DNA of 47,301 nt, taken from contig JAAYRJ010000158.1 in assembly GCA_012518845.1 (NCBI GenBank), positions 1-47,301 of the forward strand, read 5' to 3'. A program made the position numbers and the translations under genes. Of this stretch, positions 45,496-47,301 are shown piece by piece. This DNA comes from Clostridiaceae bacterium (GTDB lineage Bacteria > Bacillota > Clostridia > Saccharofermentanales > DTU023). Numbering within the stretch: position 1 is the first letter of the stretch; the number at the start of each line of letters is the position of its first letter. The notes under the pieces were generated by a model. It had not been told where the DNA came from. It saw only the letters and a program-made list of their open reading frames with translations, and made no database searches.

Positions 45496-47301
45496 ATGCT
45501 AACTAATATGAAAAAAATTAAAGCAGGAGTTGCTGCCTTACAAATAATGGAATCTTGGGGAATAAAAAGAGTTTATGGAGTTCCAGCTGGCTCCTTTGGT
45601 TCTTGGATGGATGCATTTGCAGAAACAGATAAACATAATGTTGATTTTATCCAGGTAAAACATGAAGAAGTAGGAGCCTTGGCCGCAGCAATGCAAGCCA
45701 AATTTAATGGTACGATTGGCGTTGCTATGGGTTCAAGTGGTCCTGGTGCTACCCATCTAATTAATGGCATTTATGAAGCCAAAGAAGACGGAAATCCGAT
45801 GTTAGCAATATTAGGAGCTAGGCCAACCAATGAACAAAATACAGATGGCTTTCAAGAATTTAATCAAAATCCTTACTATAATGATGCGGCTGTTTATAAT
45901 CGCAAAGTGGCATTTGCAGAACAATTACCACAAGTAATTGATGAAGCTATTCGTCGTGCCTATTCACATAAAGGGCCTGCAGTTGTAGAAGTTCCTGTAG
46001 ATTTTGGTTATGCCGATATTGATGTTGATGCCTATTGGTCATCAGCTAAAGCTGCTCAACCATATCCAAAATGGGAAATAAATCAAGCTCAAGTTAAGGA
46101 AGCGACTGAACTTCTTTCCAAGGCAAAAAGACCTGTTATTTTTGCTGGAGTTGGAACCAGAGGTTCTGGTGAAGATGTAATCAAATTATCTAAGAAATTA
46201 AAAGCACCTTTAATTGTTTCAGGTATTAATTATGATAATTTTGATGGTAAGTATGAAGCATTACTCGGTGCTATGGGTAGAGTAGCAGAAAAACCAGCTA
46301 ATGAAGGCGTGCTTGAAGCTGATACCATGTTATTTTTAGGAGCTAATTGGCCTTTTGCCCTTACTTCTAAAGGCATGTTCAGCGGGATCGAAACCTTTAT
46401 TCAGGTAGATATCGATCCAATGAAACTTGGTAAGCGTCATGCTACGGACTTAGCAATCCTAGGCGATGCAGGTGATTATGTAAGAGCAATCACTGAAACA
46501 ATCGAAGAAAAAGAAGAGACAAGCTGGTGGAAAGCAAATCTTGAAAACGTAAAAAATTGGCGTGAATACAAGACAAAACTAGAAACAAAACCAGCAGGCG
46601 AGTTAGAATTGTATCAAGTATATAATGCTATTAATCAAGTAGCAGCTGAGGATGCCATCTTTGCGATTGATGTCGGCAACACAACTCAAACCTCAATTCG
46701 CCATTTAAGACTTAATCCTAAACAAAAATGGCGGACCTCACCTCTTTTTGCCACGATGGGTGTTGGTTTACCGGGTGCCATTGCGGCGAGTTTAGATTAC
46801 CCAGATCGACAAGTCTGGTCGCTCCAGGGTGATGGTGCATTTTCGATGGTCTATCCAGATGTAGTTACTGCTGTCAGATATGGTGCCGCCTCAATCAATG
46901 TAGTTTTTTCAAATCAAAAATACGGTTTCATTCAAGATAAATATGAAGAAACAAATAAACACTTATTTGGCACCCAATTTCCAGATACTGATTTTGCCAT
47001 GGTTGCACGTGCTCAAGGTGCAGAGGCATATACAGTTACTAGAATAGAAGATATCGAAGAAGTCTTTGCAAAGGCCATTAAAGACTATAACGAAGGTAAA
47101 GTTGTAGTGATTGATGCAAAAATTTCAGATAAAAGACCAATGCCAGTTGAACTATTAACTTTGGATGAAGAATTGCATTCAAAAGAAGCCATTCAAGCGT
47201 ATAGAGATCGTTATGAGGCTCACGATTTAATTGCACTTCGTCATTTCTTAGAAGCAAATGGACTTGAATCAAGACATGTAGCTAGAATGAAAAACAATTA
47301 G
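45496..47301 (+). CDS. spxB: Pyruvate oxidase (TPP/FAD, SpxB/Pox type)
   Basis: QVKHEEVGA, GPGATHL, WRTSPLFATMG and GDGAFSM.YPD motifs. The stop codon is the last codon of the window. Confidence 0.92.
   Translation: MLTNMKKIKAGVAALQIMESWGIKRVYGVPAGSFGSWMDAFAETDKHNVDFIQVKHEEVGALAAAMQAKFNGTIGVAMGSSGPGATHLINGIYEAKEDGNPMLAILGARPTNEQNTDGFQEFNQNPYYNDAAVYNRKVAFAEQLPQVIDEAIRRAYSHKGPAVVEVPVDFGYADIDVDAYWSSAKAAQPYPKWEINQAQVKEATELLSKAKRPVIFAGVGTRGSGEDVIKLSKKLKAPLIVSGINYDNFDGKYEALLGAMGRVAEKPANEGVLEADTMLFLGANWPFALTSKGMFSGIETFIQVDIDPMKLGKRHATDLAILGDAGDYVRAITETIEEKEETSWWKANLENVKNWREYKTKLETKPAGELELYQVYNAINQVAAEDAIFAIDVGNTTQTSIRHLRLNPKQKWRTSPLFATMGVGLPGAIAASLDYPDRQVWSLQGDGAFSMVYPDVVTAVRYGAASINVVFSNQKYGFIQDKYEETNKHLFGTQFPDTDFAMVARAQGAEAYTVTRIEDIEEVFAKAIKDYNEGKVVVIDAKISDKRPMPVELLTLDEELHSKEAIQAYRDRYEAHDLIALRHFLEANGLESRHVARMKNN

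Noticed and set aside
1858-47272. Remaining short (60-91 aa) ORFs nested in or antisense to long genes
   Set aside because: They overlap well-supported CDSs and have no motifs or RBS.

Overview
AT-rich chromosomal window from a low-GC Bacillota (Firmicutes) genome with clostridial gene order. I see no integrase, transposase, phage structural gene or CRISPR array. From left to right it holds: the start of a V/A-type ATPase operon; ctsR-mcsA-mcsB-clpC; a divergent XRE pair; a membrane protein and a metzincin protease; a cytidylate-kinase-like/PD-(D/E)xK fusion and an active-site-degenerate HPRT; a long minus-strand run from rnr to alaX; tRNA-Asp/Phe/Val; gntR, secG, rho and mreB; THF riboswitch-folT; an FNR-box-controlled metal/redox cluster; AmmeMemoRadiSam genes; an ArsR-regulated P1B ATPase; and pyruvate oxidase. 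The top finding is in the 'empty' gap at about 10612-11110 on the minus strand. It looks like a free-standing, highly structured non-coding RNA gene of about 500 nt, with its own sigmaA promoter, intrinsic terminator, paired 5'/3' ends, many nested helices with G-U pairs and candidate pseudoknots. It is either a ROOL-like large ornate RNA or a new class. All family assignments come from motifs read by eye; no searches were run.
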